This document shows, piece by piece, positions 1 to 12,838 of a DNA stretch of 64,000 bases. The stretch covers positions 1,426,001-1,490,000 of the forward strand of contig NEEC01000014.1 of assembly GCA_002189035.1 (NCBI GenBank), given 5' to 3'. Position numbers and translations under genes: made by a program. This stretch comes from Utricularia gibba (lineage: Eukaryota > Plantae > Magnoliophyta). Every line of letters starts with the position of its first letter. Within the stretch, counting starts at the first letter, position 1. A model generated the notes under the pieces. That model saw only the letters and a list, made by a program, of their open reading frames with translations. It did no database searches and had not been told where the DNA came from.

Positions 1-1633
1 GGGGATGTGTATAAAGGGGAATTTAAACCTGTGATCGGCCGTGCAGCTCCCCAAATGGTCGCGATCAAGAAGCTTAATTCGAGGGGATTTCAGGTACCCA
101 CACCAATTCCTCTCTATGAGTTTAAATTGACTCGTGCAACTGTATTGGATTCTGAGTTCTGGTGTGGTTTCCTTCATCTGATGTCTTGAAACTCTTTCCA
201 TGCTTTGAGCAACCAAGATGCAGTTGAGATATCAATATGTTGAGAACGTATGTGATCCAGTAGACTGACTGATGTTGTATTTTCTCAGGGGCATAAGCAG
301 TGGGTTACAGAAGTTCGGTTTCTAGGAGTCCTTGATCATCCAAACCTTGTAAACCTCTTAGGATATTGTGCAGTGAATGGGGAACGAGGAATTCACAGGC
401 TTTTGGTTTATGAGTATATGCCTAACAGGAGCTTGGAAGATCATCTCTTTAACCGCTCTGCCCCTGTTGTTAGTTGGATAACCAGACTCAAAATAATGCT
501 TGGAGCAGCTCAAGGAATGGCCTATCTGCACGAAGGGCTCCAAACCCCAGTAATCATTTTGTTGCATATCGAAATTTTTCTATTTCCCTAGTTGATGTGG
601 ATGGATTGTGATATGGTATATAGTATTTAAGGTAGTTGTACCACAGTTGGTGACATGATATTGAGCTTCTTCCCCCACAGATTTGATAGTATATCTGATT
701 TGCAGAAGGCTTATAAGATCTTCATTTCTGAGTTTGAGATGGTGCAATCTGTGTGATTTCTCATCAGGTGATACATAGAGACTTCAAATCCTCTAATGTG
801 CTACTGGACAAGGATTTCAATGCCAAGCTCTCTGACTTTGGGCTGGCAAGGGAGGGACCAACCGGTGATCAGACTCATGTCTCCACCGTGGTAAGTCAAG
901 TATCTTCAGCTCCATATACTTAAACGGCATGTTAAAGCTTTCTCCAATAAAACGCTGCTTTGAAATATCCTTCCTATGGTTTCCATCTTCTTGCAGCATC
1001 AAGTTTTAGCTGTAGCCTAAGCTGTTTCTAGACATCTCAGTGTCCTGATAGTTTCTCAATATGAATCCATAAAAGATCACTTGATTCTTGAACTGCTTTT
1101 GGTTACTGCAGCCTGTTGGGACACATGGCTATGCTGCCCCAGAATATGCAGAAACGGGGCGTTTGACTGCCAAGAGCGATGTATATAGCTTCGGAGTTGT
1201 TTTGTATGAGATACTTACCGGAAGGCGTACACTGGAGAGAGACCTCCCATCACCAGAACAGAAGCTAATAGAATGGGTGAGGGAGTCCCCTCATGATACA
1301 AACCGGTTCATATGGATCATGGATCCACGCCTACAAAATGCATTCGACATACGAGCTGCAAGAAGAATTGCACAATTGGCAGACAAGTGCTTGAGCAAGA
1401 ATCCCAAAGACAGACCCGCCATGAGTGAAGTGGTAGAAATATTACAGCAAGCTTTGGAAGAATCAATGTTGAACCCCAGTTCTGTTCCAAGCAAATCACC
1501 CCACAGAAAGAATAGACCTGCTGCTGTTATTCCAGGAGGAAGGATACCCATCCTGCACAGGCAAGTGCACCTTCAGCCACATACACACTGCACAGCGCAC
1601 TCCTCCACAAAAACATCCCAAGGGATTTACTGA
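1..1633 (+). CDS. Receptor-like cytoplasmic Ser/Thr kinase, RLCK-VII (PBL/PCRK-like), 5'-truncated by the window edge; exons <1-93, 289-549, 768-890, 1112-1633
   Basis: Spliced translation gives kinase motifs [50 protein letters not shown] and [11 protein letters not shown]; GT-AG boundaries keep the frame. Confidence 0.92.
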
Positions 1634-2063
1634 GCTCTTTTGCTTCCTTCATGTTGGTACATTCTAGCTTTGGCATCTGAGGTTCCTGAGCTTCTTCTGA
1701 TTTGAATTCTTGTGGTTAATGACAGGCTTGAAGTGGAGTGATGGAGCTTCCAGATGCACATAACATAGGAAGTTAGGGACAGAATGGAAGCTTGCATGTT
1801 CCACATGTATGTTCTCTTCTGTTCATGTTTTTTTGTTTTTTTGTTTTTTTTCTGTTCAATCTCCATGTACACACTTCACATTTCGTGAATATTCTATCAA
1901 AATAAAGAGATGTACCAATTTCAAATGCGAAGTCTTCAAAACAAGGATCATCATATACAATGGCTAACGTGCAGGAATACCATACCAGAACACATTATTT
2001 CTGCACCTGAAACAATGTGAAGCTCTCATGCCTTGAGATCTTATTCACCAAGTGCAGCATAAA

Positions 2064-3300
2064 TTACTCAGCACTTCTAACCAAAGCACCCACTTTTTCA
2101 AGATGATCCAACACACTGCAGAGCTTGGGGCATTCATAGTCTTTGATGAGAAAAGCAGGTCTTGCCTTCATCAGCAAGTCCGCCGGGTTTCGAGTGGTCA
2201 AGCCGAGGGTCGGCATTCCGGCGGCAACCCCGGCTTGTATGCCGGAAACAGAATCCTGAACATATAAAAGCATCATGAAATCCATGTGTTCAGAAGCAAA
2301 AGCAGGCTATGAACAATGTGTTCTGAGAAGAAGACTAGCCTCAAACACAAAGGCATGCTCCTTGGACACTTTGAGTAGCTCAAGCGCCTTCAAATAAGGA
2401 TCTGGGAATGGCTTCGCATGCTCGCACTCACTTCCGATGATCACAACAGGAAAGAAATCAGATAGGCCAAGTTTTGATATCATCAACTCGGCATTGAGAC
2501 GAGGGGCGTTCGTTACAGCAGCCCGTTTCAGGCCATGATCATCGATCCATTTCGTTAGCTTTTGCAACCCCTTGATGGGTTCCAACTTGTCCTCAGCAAT
2601 CCTGAAGGGAAACTAGGAACTGTATAGAGTTTCTGATGGTTTGGGAACAGGGTAAAGGGAGAAAGATGATCAAACCTCCTAAACATCGCCTCCTTGTCGT
2701 CAAGAAATTTGACACCACGTTCATGATCATCGGGAAAAAGGAAAGATGCAACATCGTCATTGTGCTTTCCGGCGATGTTTTCGACATAGAACTCCTCTGA
2801 GATTGGAACGCCACCATTATACCCAATCTGTTACAGAAAAACATGAGACCCAAATACCAGAATGAAATCAAATCATGGGTAGCATTCATCATATTCGGAG
2901 ATGAAGCTGAAAGGGAACTTGACGTGCACTTGAATGCACAAACGACAAACGCAATGAAAAAGAAGTGTAAGCGAATGCAGGAATGTAACCCACTTCTTGG
3001 AGCATTTCCTGAAATGCGTAGAAGTGAAAGGGATCTGAATCACATAGTGTTCCATCAACATCAAAGAGTATTGCTTCAAGTGGGGCGAGTTGAAGAAGAG
3101 TACGAGCTCTGGAGAACAAACAAGTGGACATGAATTCATCATCACGAAGAACAACAAGAATCAAGTTTGCACGCATGCGAGTGCTCTGTTGGATTCATAG
3201 TTGAGGTTTTCATTGTATATCAGATACATCAGTCGCCTATTCGCCACAACTTGAAGAGCATAACAGACTTATTACCATTACAAGATTCACCATCTGGCTC
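2064..3300 (-). CDS. SGPP: Haloacid dehalogenase-like sugar phosphatase (SGPP-like); first exon and start codon uncertain
   Basis: LAPLEAILFDVDGTLCDSDP (HAD motif I), GVPISEEFYVENIAGKHN, KRAAVTNAPR, KPFPDPYLKAL and EDSVSGIQAGVAAGMP lie in successive GT-AG exons. The 5' exon near 3270-3300 is a guess. Confidence 0.85.
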
Positions 3301-4192
3301 CTGGAAACAAAGAGCATATTCTATAACAAGCATTTCTTTTCGATCGAGATTTTCCAGAATTTTGCAAAGATGTCCTTGGAATCGAAAACATGTTCTAGTT
3401 TCAATGATCCAACGTTTTCTTTGTCCGAAAACCCAACAAACCAAAACCAGTCGTCCGAGATAGCGCCAGTAAGCACAGCCAAGATCATGAAGAAGAAGCG
3501 AAAACAGAATGGGCGCAAATCGAACGGAAAACATACCCATCAAAAGAAGGCGATGAATCTTCGACGGGAGCCATGAATTCTCAGAGGCCGTCTCTCTCAG
3601 CGTGCTCTCGCTCCTACGAACTTCACAATAAATAGGAGCTGTTTCTACGCAGGGTTAACGCCTACTCTCTCCACCAACAAAAAAAAAGAAAAACAAGAAA
3701 AAAACCAAAGCATATTCGCCTCGATTCCACCCGGAACAAAAGTTCTGCGAATCTCATGCCAAATCCTTGCACAATAAGACAAGAAATATCCCATGTCATG
3801 AACATGACATGCAGACCATTTGTCAACCGAGCTCGCACTAAAGCAGCAACCTTTAAGACAAGGCGTTCGTCACAGTAATTGTTATGTGGAAGGGAAGAAA
3901 AGATCTCAACTTTTGATTCTGCAGACGAAGCTTTTTCTATCTGAAGGCTAGAAAATCTACAACAAGAACAGTAATAACCATTTCAATTAAGAACAAACGA
4001 ATGACGAAGCCACTCAGCCTTTACAAAATTTCAGAGATTCTGCATTCCCTCCTCGCCTCTTCTGCCTACTACAACCGAACTTGTTTACACAAGAAAGAAA
4101 CTACAAAAATTTTCTACTGCACCCGGCACCACATATCGAAGCTGCCGGCCGGATATGGTGGTTCCAGATAAATATCATGGTGCATAAGGTTT

Positions 4193-7100
4193 TCAAACAT
4201 ACTTGCCAGATGATTTCCAGATCCTGCCTTCGAGAGATACCACCATGACTGTAACATCATCGTGGTACTTGCGTCGATCGCCTTGAGGAATGTCTAGAAG
4301 ATCATGAAAGTCCATTCCTGCCACAGGAAGAAGTGGACAGGTAAAAAAGACTAATTCCAACTTGAATAGAATACATGGAAAGCATGTTCCTCATTTTGAT
4401 CACATATGAGCAGACCGGAGTCACATTACCGGCTTTTCTTGCAGCACGAGACAGTAGCTCCTCTATCAGACTCTGAGCAGGGTCTCCATCAGGGTACTTC
4501 TCCATACAATGCCGAACATGGGAAATCACCTCTTGGTTGCTAAAATACTGATACAATCCATCAGAAGAGAGCACCAAGAACTGATCTCTGGGGCAAAGTC
4601 TGTGGTGATGAAGAGAAGGTACACATGATATGTAGGGAGCTGTGCCAATATAATCATTCCGAAACATCTCTAACAAAGAGTCATTCCATTTCCGCTGCAC
4701 CATCATGCAACACAAACTATTAAAGAAGGGAAATCATATGCAACTGAAGCAAGAAAAAAAAAAACTAAATCATAGAGTCATTATACAGCTATCTGAAACT
4801 CCCACCAGAAGAATATTACTTACGATGAAGTGATACATGCACAACATGTGCTAAAAAAGGTATATAGGCATAGAGAGGAGTATGTTTTATTCAATGATTT
4901 GAGTAGTAAACCTGTTTTAAGAACCCAGCTCCAAATGCTCGAGTAACTTTAAGGCGACCTTTAACTCTACCATTCACAATACAATTTTTGTCATCCGGAT
5001 GTTCTTGCTTGATTCTAAGTACTTCCTGCACATAGTAGAACAAAAAATAGTATATCACAAACTCTTGATCTCATAATGGATCTTCAGTTGGCTGTGATTT
5101 AACAGAAGCGAAGCATATTTATCACGAAGCAAGAGATCAAGAATTCAATCAATATCAGTATGTTTTATGGCAAAAAGGGAAGATACTTTGACTGAAATAT
5201 GACATGATGATGAGAAACAAAGCAATAAGCAGCGTAAAAGCACAAACGACACTAGAAAAATAGTATCCTCCAGCATCCATTCACCAATATCCAGATCTAA
5301 ACCAAAGATAGTTAAAAAAAACAATCTCTTTTATGGAATTTGAAAAATTAAGAGCATTGCACAGAGACCATGAAGGACAGGATTACCTCTTTGATGCTAG
5401 TGCTATGGTCAGTAGACAATTGACGAGCAGTTAACCTCATAGAATGATGATGATGAGCTTGAATCACTGATTCATCCCTCTTTCCATTAACAATACCGCA
5501 TTCTTCAACTATACCATCATTGTCTAGCTCACCAGTTCCACCGACCACCGACTCTTCTGTACCACGAGTAACTCTTCTAGGCACGAGTTGTGCTACAATG
5601 GCTCGACTATCCCCAAGATTCATTACATACACATCTTCATCCCTCATCAACACAACCAACAAGCATGATCCCATTAATGCAAGCTCTGGGTAGCGATCAA
5701 GGACACTGTCAGTTAATTCCAAGTATGCCTGTTCGGTCTTATCAAGAGCTCTGGCCATTGCTCTCAAGACGGACTCATGATCAACAACATGTAACTTTTG
5801 CTTTCTATCAATTCCATTTGTTCTCTCCCTCCCCATTTCCAAATCTGCTATGTAGCTATCCCTGTTTTCATCAGTTGCTTTATGCTTTGACTCCGACCAA
5901 AATCTCCATGGAAACATTCTACCAGTATCCTTGTCCGCATGCCTATTCAAGAAGCCATGTTTAAGCTTTGAAAGCAACAAAGACCTCCTACTTACAGCAG
6001 AACCTGCATTCTTCACACTCAAAGCGTCATCAACAGTGAACGAAAATCTTTGGGAGCCTGATAAATCCAGCCCATCTTCTGGGTGATCATCAACTAAGAA
6101 TTCCCATAGTCTCCTTCTCCTAATCTCCATTTCTTGACCTCCAAACATCACTTTCTTAATTATTTGTGATTCCCCTTCCTGCCTACCCTCGAACAGAGAA
6201 GAATTTTGGGAGACATTTGTAGCATCCGATGCTATACCTGCATCTGCAGTAGTCCAAAATAAACCTTCTAATTCTCTAAACATTGCTTTGTACAAATGGC
6301 TCATCAGAAATTCTGGGGCGTCCGGTCCATTAAATCCATCATAAATACCAACAAACAACCACCCCAACTCCTCTGACACAACCACATGAACTCGATCCTC
6401 GCCAGCTTTCCCCGACGCCCATTGAACATTTCCCTCACAACCGATATCCAGTGCATGTTTGCAGTCATCAATTTCAGAAGAAATATCCTTCCCTGCCCTA
6501 TTTACCAGATTCCGAACCGGAGCCACAGAGAAATTTCTAGACAATGTTTTCCTCATCCTAGACATGCCCTTCTTCTTCCTCCTTTTCGAGGGAATTTCAC
6601 CAAGAGGGGCCGAAAAAGGCACTCCACCAGTATCACCAGAGCAAGCACATTCCAGAGGCCCCGAGACAGCCAAGCGCTCAATTGGCCCAGACATAAAGAA
6701 AGTCCTTTCCTGCTGACCCGAAGAGAGATCCGCGCCGCGAGGCAGCCGCTGCAGTGGCAATGCACTAAACGATGAAGTGCTCTGAAACCCGTCAAGTAAT
6801 ACATTATTCCCAGAAGACTTAGGAATCCCAGCAGGAAAGCCCCTTGTTGTACCACTAGTAGCGCTCAAATGATTAGGGCCCTCGTTGGTATCATCATATG
6901 TGTCAACAAGTTGACTCACAGTTATAGGAGTGGACGAGTTCGCGCTCACCGAAGCTCCGGATATAGCTCGGAATCCCGTGTCCTGAGATAGAGACTTAGA
7001 AGGGGGCTTCTGCTGGCCCGGATCGTCGAAGCGGAAAGACTGTGAAGGGGAAATAAAGCGATCGGAGTGAGTCGGGGACAGGAATCGGGCCGAGGAACGA

Positions 7101-7231
7101 ACGTAGCAAAAAGAGTGCCCAAGGTTTTCGTCAACTGGAGCATTTTCATCCCAAATGGTGTCTGGTTCAGACTGACTTGCGCCATTCACCGGATTGAAAC
7201 ATTGAAAAACCTGCGAAAACCCCGCACCCAT
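4193..7231 (-). CDS. PLL1: POLTERGEIST-family protein phosphatase 2C (PLL1-like); exons 7231-5387, 5025-4912, 4694-4430, 4317-4193
   Basis: [13 protein letters not shown]-terminus (Gly2/Cys acylation type), [53 protein letters not shown], and the C-terminus [24 protein letters not shown]. Confidence 0.93.
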
Positions 7232-8989
7232 CACATCCGCCGACTCATCCCCGACCCCAGAACCCCTAAACCGAAGTACCCACACAGACCCAAAAAGAAT
7301 GACAGAGGAAACAGCTTTGCTTTGATAATTTTACATCAAATCAAGCACAAGAAATTGGAAATTATCCTTTCCCCCTCCACTATCTGCCTGAAGTCTTCAC
7401 CTTTCCCGATGCACATCCCGAAGAAATTAAGGGATCGAAGAGAAAACAAAGATGGTGGAGAAGGTAGAGAAGAAGAGCAGTTTTCTGCTCCGTTTCTGAG
7501 TAGAGAAAGAGAGAGCATGAGTCAGAGGACCGAAGTAGAAAGAGAACAAGCAAACAACTCTTGGGCTGTAATCCCCTGTGTGCCATCCTTGTCTGTGCAT
7601 CCAAAGTGGTAGGTTTGAATTATTTCTATTTTTTTTATTAGTACATCTTTATTTACTTTAATTCTTTTCTTTTGTCCTTTTTTTTACTTTATAGTTACCA
7701 CAAAATTTCTACATCTCTATTTTGAAGTAATTTAAACATTTTTTTAAAAAAATACTACCTTCTTTTATCATACATTGTTAACTATATGTTCATAATTATA
7801 TAATTTTCATTTATAATTATGCATATTTATGTAAGACTAGAAGTTTAGATAACATTATTTCACATTGATTACAAATAAGAGATAAAATATATTAAAAAAT
7901 AATAATTATTCTAATCTTATTTGATACATTTTTTTTCAAAAAAAAGAACATAAAACCATAAAGATTAAGTGATTTAAAAGAATAATATGGAATAAGAGTA
8001 ATGTAGATCCTCATTAGTAAATGCTATTAAAATACAATAATGCATATATTAATGAACCAGCCATGGGTGATGGATGCGGGTGCAGGGGAGTCGTGAAGCA
8101 TGGGATCGCCGCTCCGCGAGGAGAGAGAGAGAAGGAGAGGGATAGACATTTGAAAACGTTCGTGAGTTGTTGGTTGAGGAGGTGCTGACCTTTTCTTTTT
8201 CTTCCCTTCCATTTTCAAATATTTTGAACTACCGGGCCCCACCGAGGACTTTCTTTTATTTTCTAAAAACAATTGTCCCCGACGCGAGTCGGACACGGAT
8301 CACTGTTCCGGGGTTCAGACGTGTCTCTGTGTATATTTCAAATATTGAGTATTTGGTAAACATATGCAGTATGCACTTTGTATATATTAAATCATTATTA
8401 ATTATGTTTTTAAATAATTTAACTAATTTTTTAGCCTAATTATGAAGTTGAATTGAATTGGATGATTGAATTCATTATTTTAAAAAAAAATGGTGTAAAT
8501 ATTTTTAAAAAACAGTTATTTGATGGAATATTGGATTGTAAAAAAAAAATGGTGGACAGCTCAGAATCGGTACTCGAGAGGTTGATCCTTCTTCGTCTCT
8601 CTTCTGTATCTTCTCTATTGTTTGCGGTGGGAGTTTTGAGGTCCCTATTCGATCCCGATTAGTGCAATTTTTGTGAAGTGCTAACGTTTTTTTCTCTTAG
8701 GGTTTATTATGGAGAAATTTGTGTTTATTGGTTTTGAATGGGGAGACGTTTGATTCATGGTTTTATGATCGATTCGGGAGGTGCTGTTTCTTTTTCATTT
8801 TCAATTTAATTTTTTTTTTTGAATCGGGGTGGAGGAATTACTCAACGACGCTATTCTGTGGATTCGTGTAGCGGGAGAGGAATTATTTTCGATTCTTTTG
8901 TGCAATTTTGAATGGCGTATCATGGGGATATACTTCTGCAGGAATTGAAGAGCTAGGGATTACAAAGGGAAAATATACGATTTTGAAGC

Positions 8990-10727
8990 ATGGCGTGTAG
9001 GGGATTTTGGGAATGCCTATTGAAGCTTTTGAATTTTATTTTACTCCTCGCGGGTTGGCGATGATTGGCTATGGCATATACCTCTTTGTGGAGTACAAAA
9101 CTGCTGGTTCCAGTGGCGATGATCTGCCACTTCCTCCCTCAAGTTCGGAGACAATCTTTCTTAATCGGCCTCTGCTAATGGCTGTGTCTTTGGGTGATAA
9201 CATTTTTGACAAGTTGCCAAGAGCTTGGTATGCGAAAAAATTGGGGATTTTCCATTTTTATTTTTGTAAGCCACATGGTACAACGTTATAATTGAATAAT
9301 CTGTCTGAGAGTAATCATGGTGAAAATGATTAAAAAATTGATGAAATTAAGAATTGTATTTATTTATTTGAGAAAGCAGTTCCTTGCTAACTCCATAGGT
9401 TCTTCGTTCTTTACCTGCAGGTTCATATATCTTTTCACTGGAGTTGGTGTAGTTGTTCTCTTAATTGCTTGTTTTGGCTGCATTGGAGCATCAATGCGGA
9501 TTAGATGCTGTCTGGCTTGTGTATCCCTGCATAAATATAGTTTTAGTATGCTTAATTTAGCTAGCTCTATACTTTGTTGTTCACTGCTCTAGGAGCTATT
9601 GGTTTCTTAACATAATACAGTATTCTGTGTTTGTGGTATTGCTCATATTGCTGGAGCTGGGTTTAGCAGCATTTATATTCTTCGATAAGGGCTGGAAAGA
9701 GGTTAATATCTCCCATTTTTTCATTTCACTCATTATATGTTCAAGTTTAATGACTAATGGATGGCAGGAAATCCCACATGATAAAACTGGAAACTTCGAT
9801 CAAATTTATGATTTCCTGGATGACAACTGGAAAATATTCAAGTGGGTGGCCCTTGGTGTTGTTATATTTGAGGTAATGATAATTATATGCTTTCCAATTT
9901 CATTTTACAGGATAGTGATGCAGAGAATACGTTTTTCTTGGTCTTGATTCTTGTTTCCATTAAACTTTTTTGCGGAATGGATCTCTGTTATTATGTTATA
10001 TATCTTCTTCATGGTGTCTCACTGGACCATGGAATTTGGCCTTCTGGCCTGTATAATAGATTTGGTACAAGGGGTATCGTACTTGTTTGCTCCTAGAGAG
10101 CATATTTTGTGTCTGTTTCCCATGGGAATTTTGCCTGGATCAATGCTTATTTTGTTAGAATGTAGCAATTGCCCTACTGGTTATTTGATTCTTTAGCTAC
10201 TCTCAAATTTCAGGCGCTTCTATTTTTGTTAGCACTTGTTGTTAGGGCAGCAAATAGACCAGCAGACTATGACAGCGACGAGGAATATATATCAGGCCCC
10301 AGGCAACAGATTCGGCAGCCCTTGATAAGCAGGTCAGCTGTTCCAGCCACGGGTGTCCCTGTTACTGGTATCCTGGATCAGCGACCAAGCAGAAATGATG
10401 CATGGAGTACACGCATGAGGGAAAAGGTAATTTGTGTTGATTATTGGCGTTTTACATGCATGCCCTTTTGGTCGTTTGTTGAACTTAAAATGCTTAAACG
10501 GATCGCTTTTCTAGAGCAGATGATGCTTTCTGAATTTTTCTATTCCCTACTCTGAATAGTTCTCACGATGGGGTTATTGGCTTTCGATACTTAGAGTTGC
10601 TTGTTTTCCCGTAAAACAGTATGGACTGGATACAACCGAGTTTACATACAACCCAGCGGATCCAAACAGGAGCCAGCTAGCTGCAACTCAGGCCCCCGAG
10701 GAAAGGAGTCGATGCACTATAATGTGA
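8990..10727 (+). CDS. TOM2A: Tobamovirus multiplication protein 2A (tetraspanin-like); 6 exons; 1-nt frameshift at about 9052-9056 in this sequence
   Basis: MACRGFWECLLKLLNF, then in a shifted frame LAMIGYGIYLFVEY; LPRAWFIYLF, RNDAWSTRMREKYGLDTTEFTYNP, and a C-terminal CaaX motif CTIM*. Exons 8990-9227, 9421-9520, 9621-9701, about 9768-9872, about 10213-10426, 10620-10727. Confidence 0.88.
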
Positions 10728-11042
10728 TGATCATTCCGGTGTGATGCTTTGCTTTCTCTGCATAGTTTCTCTCAGAATTGCTAAATCATGCCCCTGTAAA
10801 GTGCTGTAATCTTCTGATTTCTCATGCATGTTGCCTTCAATCTCAGCTTCCTTGAAGGGGCTACGTATACTTGTAACTTTGTGATTACTGTTGAACCTGC
10901 CCTCAAATTGTTTGAAGGTGCCTTCAAGTTTTCGAATTCGGAATCAGAAGATGAAGATATCGTTGAAGCTCCAAGAAAATCAGCACCGGAGCAACGATCT
11001 GCCGCCGCCGCTGCCGCTCATCCTCCGTGCGAAGTTACGGTA

Positions 11043-11594
11043 ATGATATTCAGTCATCCATTTCTGTCTCAGTTGTCCACGGCCACCGCCGCCTCCTCCT
11101 GCTCCTCCGCCGCTACTCCGACGCCCTCTACCCTGACTCTGAAATCAGGGTCCGGTCTATTCGGTTCCCCGAGAAGCCCCCCTCGTCATCTCTGCCAACT
11201 ACCCAAACCCCACCTTCTCCCTCGTCTTCAAACCCCAATTCGGCTCATTCTCCCTGCGGAAATCCACATTTTCTCACCCGGAACCGTTTCCGACAGCGAA
11301 CCCGCAAATCGGTTTCAGATTCGATTTGGTTCCCAGAGATGATGGTAGCGTTGATGCCAAGCCAAGAAGAATGGCGATGGAGAGCTAGAGGCCTTGAAGT
11401 GCATCTGAAAACTGTAGGCGTTCGAAAAAGAGATGAGAATGGAGTGAAACCCGAAGCTTCTAGATCAAATCTGGAGAAGAGCAGCAGAAACAGGGTGCTG
11501 TGCCGCCATTGCTGCTGCTGATTTGGAAAATGAGTTGCAGAGAGCTCTACAAGCTGCCGCACAGCAATTCCCTGGACTGCGGCTCAGGCGATAA
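11043..11594 (+). pseudogene. Unidentified Ser/Pro-rich plant protein gene, reading frame interrupted
   Basis: GC-rich, coding-like stretch between TOM2A and GMD. The frame from ATG 11043 (MIFSHPFLSQLSTAT...TLKSGSGLFGSPRSPPRHL) stops at 11342, and protein-like text continues in other frames to TAA 11594. No family recognised with certainty. Confidence 0.4.
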
Positions 11595-11731
11595 AAACTG
11601 TAATTAAAAAATGTTAAATTTTTATTGGAATATTTTGCAAAGGGAAAAAGGGAAAAGAAAAATAAGAAAATGCGGCTGTGTGTGTTATAACAATCATCAG
11701 TTTTCTGTGTATACCTAAAATTCATTCCCCT

Positions 11732-12838
11732 ATGGCTAACAGTAACCACACCGACGGGAGATCTGAATCGGAGTTGGGGACCGCCGCGCCGAAGCGGAAG
11801 GTGGCGCTCATCACCGGAATCACGGGGCAAGATGGATCGTACCTCACGGAGTTTCTGCTGGGGAAGGACTATGAAGTGCACGGCCTTATCCGGCGGTCGT
11901 CCAATTTCAACACCCAGCGCATCAACCACATCTACATTGACCCTCACAACACCCAGAAGGCGCGGATGAAGCTTCACTATGCGGATCTCACGGACGCCTC
12001 TTCCCTCCGCCGCTGGGTCGACACCATTCTTCCCGATGAGGTCTACAATCTCGCCGCCCAGTCCCACGTCGCCGTCTCCTTCGAGATCCCGGACTACACG
12101 GCGGATGTGGTCGCAACTGGTGCCCTTCGCTTGCTGGAGGCTGTCCGTTCTCACATCGCCGCCACTGGGCGGTCTCACATCAAGTACTACCAGGCTGGGT
12201 CATCGGAGATGTTCGGATCCACGCCGCCGCCGCAATCGGAGACCTCCCCCTTTCACCCCCGCTCACCCTACGCGGCAGCTAAATGTGCCGCTCACTGGTA
12301 CACCGTTAATTACCGTGAGGCTTACGGCATTTTCGCCTGCAATGGGATTCTCTTCAATCACGAGTCTCCTCGCAGAGGCGAGAACTTCGTGACGCGGAAG
12401 ATAACCCGTGCTGTAGGCAGGATCAAGATCGGTCTCCAAAGCAAGCTATTTCTGGGAAATCTTCAGGCCTCGCGGGACTGGGGCTTCGCCGGAGACTACG
12501 TGGAGGCGATGTGGCTGATGCTGCAACAGGAAAAACCAGATGACTATGTGGTGGCGACGGAAGACTCACATACTGTGGAAGAATTCCTCGACATCGCGTT
12601 TGGGTACGTGGATCTGAACTGGAGAGACCACGTAGTAATCGACAAGAGATACTTCCGGCCAGCGGAGGTCGACAATCTGAAAGGTGATGCAAGCAAGGCG
12701 AAGAAGGTGCTGGGATGGAAACCCAGAATCGGATTTGAACAGTTGGTGAAGATGATGGTTGATGAAGATATTGCACTAGCCAAGAGGGAGAAGGTTCTGG
12801 TTGATGCTGGTTACATGGATGCTCAGCAGCAGCCTTGA
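11732..12838 (+). CDS. GMD: GDP-mannose 4,6-dehydratase (MUR1/GMD1 family), intronless, 368 aa
   Basis: [14 protein letters not shown] Rossmann motif, [54 protein letters not shown]. Confidence 0.97.
   Translation: MANSNHTDGRSESELGTAAPKRKVALITGITGQDGSYLTEFLLGKDYEVHGLIRRSSNFNTQRINHIYIDPHNTQKARMKLHYADLTDASSLRRWVDTILPDEVYNLAAQSHVAVSFEIPDYTADVVATGALRLLEAVRSHIAATGRSHIKYYQAGSSEMFGSTPPPQSETSPFHPRSPYAAAKCAAHWYTVNYREAYGIFACNGILFNHESPRRGENFVTRKITRAVGRIKIGLQSKLFLGNLQASRDWGFAGDYVEAMWLMLQQEKPDDYVVATEDSHTVEEFLDIAFGYVDLNWRDHVVIDKRYFRPAEVDNLKGDASKAKKVLGWKPRIGFEQLVKMMVDEDIALAKREKVLVDAGYMDAQQQP

Noticed and set aside
11465-12783. Long antisense and alternate-frame ORFs over GMD (also over NPF, the aspartic protease, PLL1 and PPR)
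   Set aside because: Expected shadows of GC-rich coding sequence; no motifs of their own.
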